Shown piece by piece: positions 12,691-26,699 of a DNA stretch of 64,000 bases. A program made the translations under genes and the position numbers. Position 1 is the stretch's first letter. Each line of letters starts with the position of its first letter. Location: assembly GCF_006345805.1 (NCBI RefSeq), contig NC_042997.1, positions 40,052,001-40,116,000 of the forward strand. The letters run 5' to 3'. The notes beneath the pieces are model-generated. The model was not told where the DNA came from and did no database searches. It saw nothing but the letters and a program-made list of their open reading frames with translations. The DNA comes from Octopus sinensis. Its lineage: Eukaryota.

Positions 12691-13024
12691 AATAACAGAA
12701 CACCGATGGCGGTTTTACTAACGTCATCGTCACATCTTTCCACCACCCCTTTTCTCTACCTCACCTCACCAGCTTGCTGCCATATGCTCCGATATGCAGT
12801 GGTGCAGCCCATCATCCATTTTCTTCTTGACGTTTAAACTGTTTACAATATTTTCTTTAAAGAATAAATTTTAAAAAATCATTTCAACAATAAATTGCAT
12901 CATCCTTCCTCCCTTAAGGCCACATCCTTAACGAGACTATAAATCAAACTTTCCAGGTGGACAAAATCAACAAGTGAAAACAATCGCAAGGAATGATGTA
13001 AAGCATGTTTCTCAATCCAGAGGC

Positions 13025-13590
<566 letters not shown>

Positions 13591-13639
13591 GTGGAGGAGG
13601 GGGAGGAGGAGAATTAGTTACTGAAATAATGAAAGGAAT

Positions 13640-14160
13640 TGAAAGAACGATGGGACAAACAGTTATAAAGACAAAGATTTACCTGGCCATTTAGTGCGAC
13701 AAACTGAGGAAACTAGAAGGGAAGAACGTCGGATGGTAGCTGAGAGATGAAAGGGAAATTGAACCAGTAATTATAGCCGCTCAGGAACATCCCATTAGAA
13801 CGAATTTAATAGAGACAAAGATTGATAAAACTATGATAGCAACTGCAAAATATGTGAAAAAGGGGACTAAAGTATTAACTATCTGCTAAACATTAGCGGT
13901 AAAAGAGTATTTGGGGATGTTAGCCAAGTTTGTGGATTTGAAGTGACGGAAAAGTGGCAGGAACACGAACCAGGAGCTTTCTTGGGGAATGAAGGATAAT
14001 TATAGGATTTTTAAGCAATCTCTATAGAGACTGGCCATACTATTGAAGCAAAGAGACCAAATATGATCGTGGAAGACAGGAAGAACAAACATTGTGAGAT
14101 CATTGACTTTGTGATCTCATGCGATCGAAGAGTGGATATCACGGAAGCCAAGAAAACAAA
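13640..14160 (+). pseudogene. R4/Dong-like RLE LINE fragment (CCHC finger and RLE region)
   Basis: KREIEPVIIAAQEHPIRTNLIETKIDKT, then CKICEKGD and IEAKRPNMIV..IIDF, with stops and frameshifts. Confidence 0.7.
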
Positions 14161-14500
14161 AAAGAAACAAAAGAACCCCGAGAAACATTAAAAAAAAAAT
14201 CGACACAAGCAGTGACTCATACCACCTCTATTCACCAGCGACGTATAAATACAGCTTTTATACATCACATACGAAACACAATCACCAGCCAACAAACAAA
14301 TCTGTAAAGCAAACAAACGAAAAACCACAAAGAAATAATAACCACAAACAAAGAAATAAAAAAGCCCAGTACAAATCAAACACGATATAACATGCAAACA
14401 TAATTGTACGCTCCCAGATGACAGCGAAGCACATGTTTCAGGAACACGATAATGCATCTAGTGGCGCAGTAAAAATTCGCATGGAACAGTCTTTTTTTTT

Positions 14501-14721
14501 CTTTTTACTTTTTACTTGTTTCAGTCATTTGACTGCGGCCATGCTGGAGCACCGCCTTTAGTCGAGCAAATCGACCCCGGGACTTATTCTTTTTGTATAA
14601 GCCAAGTACTTATTCTAACGGTCCCTTTTGCCGAACCGCTAAGTTACGGGGACGTAAACACACCAGCATCGGTTGTCAAGCAATGCTAGGGGGACAAACA
14701 CAGACACATACATACACTCAC

Positions 14722-14788
<67 letters not shown>

Positions 14789-14933
14789 CGACAGGCTTCT
14801 TTCAGTTTCCGTCTACCAAATTCACTCACAAAGCATTGGTCGGCCCGAGGCTATAGCAAAAGACACTTGCCCAAGATGCCACGCAGTGGGACTGAACCCG
14901 GAACCATGTGGTTGGTAGGCAAGCTACTTACCA
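14501..14933 (-). mobile_element. SINE family B (OK-like) with internal (TA)/(TG) microsatellite
   Basis: Matches 40688-41097 in reverse. Confidence 0.92.
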
Positions 14934-15009
14934 AAAAGCAACATGTAAAAAATTAGTAATAATCACAGCAACAGCAGCGACAAAAGCAGCAGCGGCAACA
15001 ACAGCAGCA

Positions 15010-15190
15010 GTGGAGGCCCAGTGGTTAGGGCAGCGGACTCGCGGTCGTAAGAACGCGGTTTCGATTCCCAGACCGGGCATTGTGAGTGTTTATTGAGCAA
15101 AAACACCTAAGCTCCACGAGGCTCGGGCGGGGTTGGGGAGGTGAACCCCGCTGTACTCTTTCACCACAACTTTCTCTCACTCTTTGTTCC
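15010..15190 (+). mobile_element. SINE family C, 5' half
   Basis: GTGGAGGCCCAGTGGTTAGGGCAGCGGACTCGCGG...CACAACTTTCTCTCAC. Confidence 0.85.
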
Positions 15191-15510
15191 TAGTCCTGCC
15201 ACAAAGCAGAGGAACCATGGTGTAACCCACTAAGGTGGGGTAAACTTTCAGACCCTAGTCTAGATTGCGAATCCTCTGTACCCCAGGATGGTTCAGCTCT
15301 CCACCCGTTAAAAGCCACCGTTTACGGAATGAGGATAACAACGTAGCTTTCGCGCCCGTGCAACCGCCAGTCTATTGCGTGTGGTGGGTGGATCTTCAAG
15401 TTGCATTCTTAGTAGCTTAGAGTAGGCTCGAATTAGAGATTATTCTTTGTGGCTAATGACGTGAGTCCTGATTGGAAGAAGAAGAAGACGACAACAGCAG
15501 CAATAATATA

Positions 15511-15894
15511 CTTTATCTTTTACTTGCTTCAGTCATTGGACTGCGTCCATGCTGGAGCATTTGCCTTGAAGGTCTTAATTGAACAAATCGATTCCCATAC
15601 TTATTTTTTTCAAAAGTCTGTACTTATTCTATGGGTTTTTTTTTTGCCGAACTGCTAGCTGGCGGTGAGATGAACAAACTAACACCGGTTATCAAGCGCG
15701 GGTGGGCAGGTGAAAAACACATACACATTCACACACACACACATATACGATAGGCTTTCAGTTACCGTCAGCCCGATCCACCCACGAAACTTTGGTTCGC
15801 CCGAGGTGATAGCAATAGACACAGGTCCGATGTGCCGTGCAGTCGGACTGAGCAGAAAACCATGTGGTTGGGAAGCAAACATTTTACCATATAG

Positions 15895-15895
<1 letters not shown>
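15511..15895 (-). mobile_element. SINE family B, old diverged copy
   Basis: Head and tail recognisable despite many substitutions. Confidence 0.75.
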
Positions 15896-16361
<466 letters not shown>

Positions 16362-16919
16362 ATGCCCTGATGCAGTAACAGACAGTGGCTCTCCTGGCTT
16401 CTGATCTTAACTGATTGGAAGTGTTATCATGTACATTGTTTTGTCTTGGTATAAAAGATGGGCTACAGCAAATATTCTGCTCAATACCACAGATTTGCTT
16501 GTCAGTTGTTTGACCTTAACCAGTTGAGCATGTCCCTTAGTGGCTGACGATATGTGCATCTCTGATCACGAGCAGAAGTAGTAGGGGAGCATCATAGCCA
16601 TGTGTTGAGGGGAATTTTGCGGGGTTTGAATAATTCATCTCTGGAAACATGGGTGTTTCGTTCATCTTTCTTAAACAACCTTTATTCAGGGACCTTTTGA
16701 GCAGGATGGGCTACTCGACCTGAAGAAAATTCTAATTGGAGCCCATCTGCAAGGTCATGCGCTGCCTATCTTGATGTGAGATCACCATGTCGCGTACTTG
16801 TGGCTGTAATGCATATGCCTGGTGTTTCCTTATCTGATGGGTAGTCAGGATGGGTATATTGGGCTTCGTATATTTGTACTCCAGTGTCAATTAGATGGCA
16901 TGCGCTGCTCTCTCACTCA
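16362..16919 (+). mobile_element. ~560-bp non-coding interspersed element (family F) flanked by (AAT)n
   Basis: The 3' part is homologous to 43306-43642 (minus). Both end CTCTCTCACTC-AATAATAAT. Confidence 0.8.
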
Positions 16920-16963
16920 ATAATAATAATGATAACAATAATAATATTAATAATAAATAATAA

Positions 16964-17150
16964 TTTCAAATTTCGGCACCAGGCCAGCAATTTCGGGATA
17001 GAGGGACGAGTCGAATACATCGACTCCAGTACTCAACTAGTACTTATTTTATCGATCGAGAAAGGATGAAAAGCAAAGTCGACCTCGGCGGAATTTGAAA
17101 TCAGAATGTAAAGACGAACGAAATGCTGCTAAGCATTTTGTCCGCCGTGT
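16964..17150 (-). mobile_element. SINE family A, short-tail copy
   Basis: AAAGTCGACCTCGGCGGAATTTGAA core seen in reverse. Confidence 0.8.
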
Positions 17151-17173
17151 TAATAATGATAATAATAATGATG

Positions 17174-17209
<36 letters not shown>

Positions 17210-17244
17210 TAATAATATAATAATAATAATAATAACAACAACAA

Positions 17245-17700
17245 GGTAATTAAAATATGCAGGCATGATTATGTTGATAAAAGAGTATACTGGAATGCTA
17301 GCCAAGTCTGTGAATTATAAGTGACGAAAAAATTGTATGAAAGTGAGCTGGACACAGTCAGGTTTTGATAATTACAAGGTTATATGGGATTTGTCCAGAG
17401 AAAACTGTCCTACCATTGAAACAGATACGATTTGATCGTGGATGACTGAAACAATAGTGTAAGATCATAGATTTTGCAATACCATATTGTAGCGTGAATA
17501 CTAATGGAAACTGAAAGATATCAGAACCTAGCAGAGAGATGGAAAGACAGTGAGACATAAGAGTGAAAACTGTTCCTGAAGGATATTGGAATTGAAACGT
17601 GTATTGTCACCTTGTAGTGCCGTCTTGTAATCTGCAAGAATCCTAAGAGAAATTCTTCAGATTTGAAACTTGTCAACGAACCTTAGGATAACATGTCGGC
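17245..17700 (+). pseudogene. Degenerate R4/Dong-like LINE 3' fragment following (AAT)n
   Basis: CRHDYV..VYWN, WD, KIIDFAIP, KYQNLAREMERQ*DIRVKTVP motifs in broken frames. Confidence 0.6.
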
Positions 17701-17823
17701 TAACTCAATTGGACTTTTGTATAATGATGGTAATAATAATAGTAACTGGTTGAGGTCTAAAGCCAACAATTTTGAGAGGGGGGTGGCTTGGTCGACACCA
17801 TCGACATAAGTACTTAATTGATA

Positions 17824-18056
17824 GGCGGCGAGCTGGCAGAATCGTTGGCACGCCGGGCGAAATGCTTATCGGTATTTCGTCTGCCGCTACGTTGTGAGTT
17901 CAAATTCCGCCGAGGTCGACTTTGCCTTTCATCCTTTCGGGGTCGATTTAAATAAGTACCAGTTACGTACTGGGGTCGATATAATCGACTTAATCTGTTT
18001 GTCTGTCATTGTTTGTCCTCTCTGTGTTGAGCCCCTTGTGGGTAGTAAAGAAAGAG
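17824..18056 (+). mobile_element. SINE family A, full length, nested in an older minus-strand family A copy (~17760-18130)
   Basis: Consensus match. The flanks continue a degenerate antisense copy. Confidence 0.88.
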
Positions 18057-18322
18057 ATATTTTATTTTATCAACTCACGGGGAATAAAAGGCAAAGTTGA
18101 CTCTGGTGGAGTTAGGACTCAGAATGTAAAAGAGCTGGAAACAAGGAAAACAAATTTTCCACACTTCTCGAAATCCTCCGATAGTAACACTTGACGGTCA
18201 CATCAGTTACGTCTGGTTTTGTCCCCCGATGACACTGGAATAGTTTCCTCAACCTTGTCTAATAATTAATACTGGCTTGGTTTTTATGATGCTGTTGTTT
18301 CTAGCATTGTTATTGTTGATAC

Positions 18323-18714
18323 GTGGAGGCGCAATGGCCCAGTGATTAGGGCAGCGGACTCGCAGTCGTAGGATCGCGGTTTCGATTCCCAGACCGGGCG
18401 TTGTGAGTGTTTATTGAGCGAAAACACCTAAAAAAGCTCCACGAGGTTCCGGCAGGGGATGGTGGTGATCCCTGCTGTACTCTTTCACCACAACTTTCTC
18501 TCACTCTTACTTCCTGTTTTCTGTTGTACCTGTATTTCAAAAGGCCGGCCTTGTCACTCTCTGTGTCACGCTGAATATCCCCCGAGAACTACGTTAAGGG
18601 TACACGTGTCTGTCTGTGGAGTGCTCAGCCACTTACACGTTAATTTCACGAGCAGACTGTTCCGTTGATCGGATCAACCGGAACCCTCGTCGCCGTAACC
18701 GACGGAGTGCTTCC
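18323..18714 (+). mobile_element. SINE family C, full length
   Basis: tRNA-like head. TSD ATTGTTGATAC at 18312-18322 and 18715-18725. Confidence 0.93.
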
Positions 18715-20052
18715 ATTGTTGATACATGTTGCTCTTTTTACTTCTGTTGTTGCTGACTCTATCAATGAGAATTCTGTAGCTATGGTTATAATGGTTTGTA
18801 GAGTTGATGCATCCATCTAATGTTCTTATTGTTTATACACTGCAGTTGTTCTTTTTATCGATATCCACCATTAAACAGCTGTTAACATATATGCTTTGTT
18901 ATTGCGATTTCGAATCATTATTCTGTGTTTTTGATTATTTGTCTAATAGAAAAATGATGCAAATAATAATCTAAAGCATTCAACAAACCAATAAATGAAT
19001 AAAATAGGCATTAGCATTGACAATCTATGCTAAAAACAATATATGATGAGAAAGAAAATATTAGTCGATAACGATCTTTACTTTTCAATTTTCCTGGTGA
19101 GTACAAGAGACAAATTCCCGACCTGTTGCTTAATTTTCCTAGTTTTATCAGCGACATATAGTCTCTCTATAGCTTGCATAATTAATAGTGAGTAAATTAC
19201 TAAATAAATATTAAAAAATACATTTGTTTATTTCACGATATAGAAAAACAGAATTATATTTTCTGACGAGCATATGTACTTGCAGTTTAGATTTTAAATA
19301 ATGCAGCCAAATCATATTTAATTAATTGGATTCCAGTTATTCATTACAGGAAATTGTGGTATACATTATCAACTACGAGAAGATATTTTTGGGAGGAATT
19401 CTGATAAAGGTGATGACACTTATACAGAGTCTGACTTAATAAACTCGAATTCTTGCTTTCACTGTATAGATATTTAAGAATCGTTAAAACAAAAAAAAAA
19501 TTGCGTAATGGAAATGAACTGATTATTAGACATATTTTTGGCATATAACAGGAGTTTGCGTTTTTAGCTTGCAAATATAGTCTTTATTATTAGGTTGATC
19601 TGGAAGAAGGGCCCTCGCAAGTCCTAAAGAGTGAAATGGCATGCCAGATATTTGAGCAACAATTTTGTTTGAATTATTTAATATTACCATGCTTATCATG
19701 GTAATATTAAACACAACTTTTCTTTAATTGAAAATTATCTTAAACAAGTTTTTGTGGAGAGTTGATACTTAATCGTAAGAAAAAGAACATTGATATATCT
19801 TATTTTCGAAAACAAAAAAACCCTTGTGTTTTATGAAAACTCAGATATTTTACGTCACCGATAAACGACGGTCATGTTAATCTACCATGAGTTGTGATTG
19901 GGATGTAGAAACAAAGTAAACTGCTGAATTCGACAACATTTCTTGGAATATATAACATCTTATTAATAGTGTAAGCAGTTGTGATTTGGGTGGATTCTTT
20001 TAGAGAAATGGATGTCAAATCCGGAGGAAAAAGCTCATTCTGGTGAACCTTG

Positions 20053-20115
20053 CTTTCGTATTCGTAGTTTGATCTTTCGTATTTGTAGTTTAATCTTTCG
20101 TGTTCGTAGTTTGTG
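20053..20115. repeat. 21-bp tandem repeat x3
   Basis: CTTTCGTATTCGTAGTTTGAT / CTTTCGTATTTGTAGTTTAAT / CTTTCGTGTTCGTAGTTTGTG. Confidence 0.9.
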
Positions 20116-20883
20116 AGTCCACTTCAAATCGTGGAGATTCTAATAAGAAGTGTAACTCTAATTATTACATCAATAGCAAAAGATAGAACGTATCCTCTCA
20201 ATCTTTATTAAATTTATGAAAAGAAACTTCAACTGAAGATCAACTCTCCACCGATATCTAAATAAAGAATTATTGAAATGAGAAGTGACAAGCAACACTT
20301 GTTTCGAATTTATTAAAAGTATCCCAAACTCCTTAGTTCCATTCTCGATAATTATATCAATGCTATCGATGTGCTGAAATTTCTTAGAATTTTCCAATGA
20401 CAACCTGATCTATTGAATCTAAAGGAGACAATTTATTTTGTGGAAAGAACGTACCATTTATATTTTGAGCAACAATGATGTTCAGGTGTGATTCTTTGTA
20501 TTATGATGGATGATGAGGAGAATATCAAACAGAAGAGTTACATTTTAACAAAAGAAGTAATTCGCAGTGGAATTTCTAAAAAGATGAAAAAAAAAATGTC
20601 CCTTTAAGCTTAAACTTATTCTTAGAGAAGTATGCAAAATAACACACTTCCTGAAGAAGCCTGGATGGCTGGAAGGGTTTTGTCGGGAGAAGCACGATAT
20701 GACAATAATATAATTTAATCAGTATAGAGTGAAATTACAAAAATACACAAATTACGTATTTGCGGCATATAAATGAAAATCAAAAAAATTATTATCAACT
20801 ATAAAATCTTCGCTATATTTCTGTAATATATATATATATATATTTTCTTTTATTCTTTTACTTGTTTCAGTTATTTGACTCTG

Positions 20884-20932
<49 letters not shown>

Positions 20933-22912
20933 ATCCATCCATCCATCCATCTCTCCATGCACACATACATGGTCTTAGTATGATACAAGAAAATCTAGTA
21001 TAGAAATTTTTGTGTGAAAGGTGGAATTTGTTCCAATGTCGTAACTCTAGATATAGATTTTATGTTAGTTGAGTAGCTTATCAAATATTAATCTCTCAGA
21101 CTTTTAGTTTTGGTATATTGCAGGAAACGATATTATCATAAAATGTCCTGAAAATTAATTACTACTTTAAATTCTTACGGAATGTGTTATACATATGCTT
21201 TTACTAAAGGATTTATCAGTGCAAATGTAATGTAAAATCTTTGACTGGAGTTTGAACCGTGCGTGGGTTTCGGTTTATAAGTTGATGAATTATGCGTGAA
21301 GTAAGTTGTATGCTTTTAGTGAAAGCAGTACAGTTAAAATAGGATAAAAATAACATCTATAATGTCTAATTGCAATGTACACTTCCGACAAGCAGTAGAT
21401 ATGAGTGGTTTAATATTTAATATTACTCAATGGTTTAATATTTTCGTCTGTTCTAAATTAGTGCTCTAATGTCTAATATAGTTTACAAGAAAATTATGCT
21501 CCACCTTCTGGGTACCCATTATTGATATCAAGCATATAGCGACATAGATGATCAAATTTTCAGTCAATTCATTCACAATTCCTTCATCCAAGGTCCCTAG
21601 TTGTTGCTCATTATTTCCTCAAATAGATTTTGTTCACTTGTTTCCTTGATGTCTTTACGAAACCTTTTCTAAAATTTACTCTATATTAATTGTTGCATTA
21701 CCTCTTATTTTACGCAAGTTTAATTTTGCTTTCGGCTTTAAGAAATGTACAAGGAAACGTTTCGCATTAAACGGGTCAATATAGGGCTCATAAGTAATAA
21801 GTTTTCCATTTTTAAATTCGCAGTTCGAACATTTCTGTAGGAAGGTCTTTTGTAGGGATCAAATAGTAAAATTTGCTTTCCATGATAAGCTAGAAAATTA
21901 GAAATCTAAAACATAAAGGGTGCAGTTTACTTATTAAATATTATATAAGTTAATTCTGTTAATCGTTAAAATTACACATAGTCCTAGCATAATGCAAGAA
22001 AATTTACAATAAAATTTATCGTACAAAAAGCAGATTTTGCTTCACGACTGTATTTTAAAACTTAAGCATTCCTAATTACTAATTTGTTTAGAATTAATCT
22101 TGATTGATCTTGAATCTAAATTTAGGAATTAATCTTCATTCTTGTTAACGACTAAGGCAAATCGTACTATTTGGACTTATCTGAAAAACAATACTTTATC
22201 TTCTAAAATTTTCCCGATAGATCTACAACTGCAATTGGAATAAATAAATAAATAATTACGAGGTTTCAAGTAAAGTACGTATATATTAAATATTTCTCTA
22301 TTTTAAATTTTTTATCCTTTTTCCACAGTTCATTCCTTCTTTAATATAGCTTTTTCCCTATTTGATTTTATCTTTTTCTTAGCCTGGAGCTTTGTCTTAT
22401 CTATCTCTTATGAAATTTCACCGAAGGCGAACTATTATCTTTGTTAGCTTCACCGTTTGTATCAAGAAACGTGTTTCACCCTCCGGGACAGTATTTCCTT
22501 TTACAAAATACATACAAAAATAAATAAATGAATAAATGATAATTTCAACAGTTAACAAGAAAAATGTTTAGAATGAGCTATGCACGAAATGCTGGAAAAC
22601 TTTGAAGTAATGTTAAATTGTATATCAGAGGAAATTCTAATCTCATTGAGTCAAGGACGTTTATGAAATAATCATCATGATCCTCATGAAGTTCTGGTGA
22701 TAGTTTTCTAGTGTGGGTGTTTGTGATTCAGCGGAAATTAGATAGCAAAGATTATAAAATCTGGTTGGTTTAACATCTAAATGTTACAAACCAAATTTTC
22801 AGTTTGATAATGAACGGAATCACATAGCAAGAAATACAATGATTTTCTTTCAAATGTCCGAGGTTCTAGATTTATTTATTCCGGAATCCCAATAAAGAAT
22901 TAATTGAATAAT

Positions 22913-23046
22913 TATACATACATACATACATACATACATACATACATACATACATACAAACATACATACTTACAAACATGCATGCATGCATACATACATA
23001 CATATATACATACAAACATACATACATACATACGAACACACACATC

Positions 23047-23085
<39 letters not shown>
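22913..23085. repeat. (CATA)n/(CA)n microsatellite
   Basis: Directly visible. Confidence 0.97.
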
Positions 23086-23086
<1 letters not shown>

Positions 23087-25389
23087 ACTTTGATGTGCAC
23101 AGTATAAAGAGACGAGCTACTGATAGTTTTTTTGCATTGGAAACGCGAGTCTAGGCAGATTTTTGTAACACGCTTTGTCTCCAAGAAATTTCAGGCTCTG
23201 AGTATACGGACTAAATATATATGCCGTCTAATCCACATCCCGAGAAAACAAGTGGTTTAAGACTTAAAATCTTTTGTTAGATCTTTTAATTCACTAAATC
23301 TTTTGTTTTTACTCGAAGTAGAACAATTAATGACAGGAATACAAAAACGTTTTTATTTTCATAAATTACTGATTTTATAATAATTTTAATAAAACCTTGC
23401 AAAATTATATAGTTTATTTGCTTTGTTCATCTATCATTGTAGAAGCTGCTCGATTTTTGATAGAAATATCTCGCACTTTTGGCAAAGTATTAAAGAGTGA
23501 AATAAAATATGCAAATATATATATATGTTACACAACATTTCACTTATTTCACTTGCTTTTTATAATTATTTTAACAAATTGATAAAGGAAAAAAATGTCA
23601 ACATTTTTTCAACGCAATAAAAAACCGTGTTTTCATTTTGAATTGATTTTTATTGGCGGTTTTAGATACGTTCCTTCACAATATTGAAAGCAAAATAAAT
23701 AAATAAATAAAGCAGTCATTCGTGATATCAATTAAGACGTAGAACGTTATTTGGCATGACTAATTTTATATTTTCATAAATGACTAGTCAACATTCACCT
23801 TTACCCAAATATTTCAACGTGTGTGTGTACGCATATGTACACGAGGCAGTGCGAAACTTTGTGTCTATGTATGTGTGTATGTATGCCATGCATTGTGTGT
23901 GAACGATTCTTTCTTTGAAGAGCTGGATTAGTTGACCACCTAAACCCATATGAAACGGAGAAATCAAACTGCTTGCGCGATGGTTCGGCCGCCGCGTTTC
24001 GCGTAGTAGAATTGTTGAGTCTGTGTATTAATTTGCGAATCGGCTGGTGACCTGACCAGGCATCATAAATCAGCCAGTGTTGCTAGGAAGCATACTGCTT
24101 AAATGCTATATCTATGAAAGAGCTTACAGAACGGAAGCCGGGTTAAAGAACCACCTACATGCACACGTGCTAGGCTCAATAACGAAATAAAACTCTTTTG
24201 ACGTGAGAGATAGAGAGAGAGTGAGAGAGCAATTAGCAATCGGCATTCGGTATGTATGTATGTCATTATTCAATCTTATTCCAAGATTTCTTGCCAATAG
24301 AGAAAGAACCGGTTACTAACCTAGATCCGAGGCTGTTTCATTGATATTTCAACAGGGTATGTGCATGCATGTATGTAACTTTGTGGTGTGGTGTTTATGC
24401 TGTGTGTGTGTGTGTGTGTGGTGTGTGTGTGTGTGTGTGAATGTAATATGAATTTTAGTTCTGCATCCTTTCTCTAGAAACAGTGACTCTTCTGTCAGGT
24501 GCTGAAAACGACACACTGAGCAAAAGAAAAACTCTGAAACTAAACACTAGAAATTTGCGAGGGTCTGTTTTGAATTTCACAGGGAGGAAGTTTGGCATGT
24601 GTTGGTAGATCGAAATATATTCATTTATCTTATTTAGGATTAGAGCACTAATACACATTTGTAAAGTCTGGTGCCTTGCATGGAATTGGGTTTGGTGCAG
24701 GACACTCCTGGAAGGCAATCTGCGAATAAGGCCTTAGGTCAACCTCGGGCAAGTGCTAACAACATTTTTGCTTCTCAAGTCAAGCTTACAGTGCAGTCCA
24801 AGGCTCACGCAAAACAGATTTTGGAGGATTATGTGCATTCAACGGTTGTGATAGTAGGTGATGGTAGCTATCACTAATTGTCGTAAACTGTTTAGCATTG
24901 GCATAGGTACTGTAACCAAGACCGTGCAGAAACCTGTGCAACTCTCTCCAAAATAATGCAAAAGTACCACCGACCACCGTATCATCCTTCATACATCAAA
25001 GTTCCCAGTCAATCATCTAGTGGCAAGGAGGTCAGGATTGGGATAATTTAGGGTTTCTAGATACCAAATAGCACGTAGAAGACAGTCTTGTAATGACCAT
25101 CAAGCATTTGGGCCGAGACTGAAATATCTTTTCGCTGCTTCAGATACGCCTGAGTAGCCTTCTTTAGACGCCCAACTTGCATTGAAAAGAAGCAAGAAAA
25201 TATTGTTTCAAATGTTGCCTGTCTTAGCTTCTCCGACTGGATACTTTTATTCAGGGGAATCGATCTTTTGCAATTGGATGCAAATATCCAATCAAATTTA
25301 GATTTTGAGGCGTTTGAACTTAGACAAGCTTCGACTATAACTAGTAAACTCATTCATATCTAGAGAGTAGGTATTCATATCTAGGCATG

Positions 25390-26240
25390 TTCCAATACTG
25401 ACATTGTGACCTTAAGTGAGACAAGACTAATCCTTAAAAAAGGTAGAAAATACATGGCGGCTTACCTATCTTCTTTGGAATATAAAAATCACAAGAAAAG
25501 CGGTGCTTATATGTAATAGTCTTACAATCTGCAACAACCAAGACAATGAGTCACATGATCTGTCTCCTGGGATCAGTGAATATGTCGTGAGGATTCACTT
25601 AAATTTTGCAAACTGAAACAGAGACGTGGAAGCTATGAAAGTCTGTGCAAATATACTTGACTCACGCAGGAGGTTAAAGAGGAATTTACGTTAATTTTTT
25701 ACTATTTGTAATTACAAAATGTGACAAAACATGTTAGATAACCTCAGAGCCAAGGTTGGCAAGGATTTCAACTTTTAGAATAGCACAACTGGAAACTATA
25801 AAATAATTAAGATGAAATCAAATGTCTCTCTACTGTTAATTAAATATAGAAAACAACTTAATTACTAACACCTTAGTAGAGATGGATCAGTCTAACACGT
25901 CGGCGCAGGAAACAAACATCTCAACGATAAAACTGAGAACAGAAGAAAACAGCGCTAAGAAGCCAATACAGCTCTTTTTCCCCAAGATAATAAACACACA
26001 CTTCACTTGCAACCAGATTTGCAGGTCCTGCATTAGACAACATAGCAACATACCTATTCAAAGAAGAATATATCTGGTGGGCAGTGATTCTCAACACCTA
26101 AGGATTGCCAGCAGCTGCCGAGGTTGATAGCTTATTTATTTCTTGATATTGCAAGTGGAATGTGTTAGTGTCAGAATATTCTGAAATGCTATTGCTTCTA
26201 GTGTTTAAAGGATTGGGTATGAGTGCTATATAACTTGTTA
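25390..26240 (+). pseudogene. Degenerate RTE-like LINE, AP-endonuclease region
   Basis: DIVTLSETRL resembles DIAALSETRL, and DNLRAKVGKD resembles GDFNARVG. Heavily mutated. Confidence 0.5.
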
Positions 26241-26247
26241 ATGTATC

Positions 26248-26555
26248 TGTTGTATCCTCCATCTCCAAATGTCGTGGTACAGCCACGATATTGTGATGAA
26301 TGGTTTAGATACACTGTACCAGTATAGTAACAGAAAACAAGATAACGATGCAGCCGTAATAACAACGTAACGATCCAATAACCTCTACACGAACCAACGA
26401 TCAATATTCTAAACGAACTAACCAACCGACATCTTCCAGCTTCATTGCAAACTCAATTTGAACTAACACACAAACTTCACTTCGACCGCTGCTATTTATG
26501 ATCGCTCGGTCCAGCCTACTTCTCGCAAGGGGGCGTCGTGACTCTCATCACAACA
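26248..26555 (-). repeat. Gypsy 3' LTR
   Basis: TGTTGT...CACAACA termini. Aligns with 29169-29717 once the inserted SINE is removed. Confidence 0.88.
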
Positions 26556-26699
26556 TCTCCCAGTTTGAGATTTCGACTTTCTTAAGAAATGAAATTTATT
26601 TTAGTTTTTATTTTTCCCTTTATTTTATTTTCTCCCTCTACATTTTTAAAAATCTAATATCTTTTTCATTTTGACATTATTTCTAAGTGTACAGTCTGC

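Noticed and set aside
14410-14465. Minus-strand CTAGATG...GAAACATGT hammerhead-like words
   Set aside because: The core and stem II are too degraded to support a call.
20053-20115. CRISPR-like repeat array
   Set aside because: Contiguous tandem units without spacers, in a eukaryotic context.
19800-20700. Possible ancient transposase remnant (also 1400-2500, 5000-5700, 38600-40600)
   Set aside because: Complex sequence, but no motif could be assigned with confidence.
23985-24075. Minus-strand CGAAACGCG as a hammerhead stem III
   Set aside because: No CUGANGA at a suitable upstream position.
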